Part shown: positions 32,227 to 33,477 of the stretch, in pieces | How positions within the stretch are numbered: position 1 is the first letter of the stretch | Layout: each line of letters starts with the position of its first letter | NCBI GenBank assembly: GCA_008632985.1 | Contig: QPGO01000090.1 | Span: 310,001 to 343,477 of the forward strand | Source of the DNA: Psammoneis japonica | Lineage: Eukaryota | Reading direction: 5' to 3' | DNA length: 33,477 nucleotides | Notes under the pieces: generated by a model | What the model was told of the DNA's origin: nothing | Seen by the model: the letters and a program-made list of their open reading frames with translations, nothing else | The model's database searches: none | Position numbers and translations under genes: made by a program

Positions 32227-33477
32227 AGTGGCAAGAAGGCAGCCACACATGCATGTGGTGTGAGCATTTTTGCACACTCTTCCTTGTTTCCAACACACAG
32301 CAACAGGAATTGTTGTCTTAAAACAGCAGGGGCACCTCATTTCTGGTTTGGTCCAAACAAGCTGTGGGGAGTTCAGAGATGGGCAAAAACGCAACTTTTG
32401 GTTGGAAGGGGTTGTTGTGTTGACTCTCCTGTTGCTGGTGTCTCTGCTCACAAGAAACTCTTTCCTCAGCTCTCTGCCCCACAACAAATGCACCACTGTT
32501 GCATCTCCTGGTTGTGCTGTGCTCACCACCTTTTTGTGGGTTTTTGTTGAGGTGGTCTCAAAGACCATTGTGTGAGCCACATGTTCATCACTCATCATGG
32601 CGTGTGCTGGCATGCTGGCTGGCTTCTGTTCTTGACAATTCTGTTTTTATTTTTCTGCACTGCAAAGGGTTCAGCAAATCAGAGGGTTTTGACAGTGTCA
32701 ACAAAAACTGTCTTGAGTCACCCTGTTCAAATGTCCATGAACTGCAAGACACAACCAAACTTGGGGATGCCTTCTTAAAACTTGTTGTGCTGTGCCAAGG
32801 GTCTGGCATCAAAAGATTGTCAGATTGCCTTTGGTGGCTAAGTTCAAAAAAGCAAGTCCTTTCCAAGATTTGAGTTTTGCATGATTTTTGTGCTGGTTCA
32901 CACCTTGGCCCCTGCTTCCTCTGAATGGGTGTTTTGGTGTGCAGAAGAGGAGTTTGGCATGTGTTTGCTGAGACAACAGAAGCTGAGTCATGCACAGGGA
33001 GCACAACCTTGTGAAACATCAATGAGAGGAAAATTTGTGAAAAGTCACCTCAGCCACCAAATGCTCACCCCAAAACTGCTTTCTCTGCCATCAGGTTTGT
33101 GAAAATTCTCCTGACCCTTCCTCCCCATGTGCAACTCATGCCAAACTTGCACCAACCACCAATCTGCCAGACATCCCCATTTACTGCAGCTCTCAACCAG
33201 AAATCATTTTTCACAATGCCAAAACCCTGCACCAACAATTGTTGTCTTTCTCAGCAGTGTTGCATCACAACAACTGCAGCATGCACAGAGCAGAGTCTGG
33301 CCACATGTCTCGGATGACTTCATGTGATCTGCTGATCTGTGCTGCAAAAAACAGCTGTGCAGAGTGTGCTCCAAGAAAGAGATTTTTGATTGTGGCAAAA
33401 GCCAGCTTTTCTTCCTCCTGTGCAGCTGTGCAGCAGTTGACAAAGGTCATTTGTTTGCATTGTGGAGGTGCACCCCC
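31140..33477. other. Island 4: CpG/TpA-depleted DNA, runs off the window
   Basis: About 11 TA and very few CG by hand count in ~2.3 kb. Confidence 0.92.
32179..32209 (+). repeat. 12-bp tandem repeat (GGCAAGGCAGTT)x2.6
   Basis: ggcaaggcagttggcaaggcagttggcaagg. Confidence 0.85.

Noticed and set aside
32230..33477. Possible coding remnant in island 4
   Set aside because: No recognisable motif even after back-mutation; left unclassified.

Overview
Eukaryotic genomic window, most likely a diatom (short GT-AG introns, a bipartite/tripartite plastid presequence, a diatom-type 'CoDi' Copia remnant). It holds ten ordinary-composition protein genes: PIG-V, CWC15, a two-pore K+ channel with EF-hands, GPATCH1, a CesT-like-domain protein, a GT47 exostosin-sulfotransferase fusion, a CYP37/38-like lumenal cyclophilin, an OSCA/CSC1 channel, a CAP_C-like/TPR protein and a zinc-finger hypothetical. 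PIG-V, CWC15 and the TPR gene carry single-base deletions that look like long-read assembly errors. The main observation is four sharply bounded islands (~2050-7330, ~14950-16430, ~29345-30808, ~31140-33477) in which both CpG and TpA are almost erased and TpG/CpA is abundant. The islands contain decayed transposons (a recognisable Copia, a probable Crypton-like tyrosine recombinase) and a diverged tandem duplication. Surviving TpA sites are strongly context-biased (mostly YTAR, never RTAY). Aligned duplicate copies show RTA/RCA and CG/TG-CA differences and TG-versus-CA swaps. This suggests a repeat- or heterochromatin-targeted hypermutation process that runs opposite to fungal RIP at TpA. All counts were made by hand and all protein family calls come from motif recognition, not database searches.
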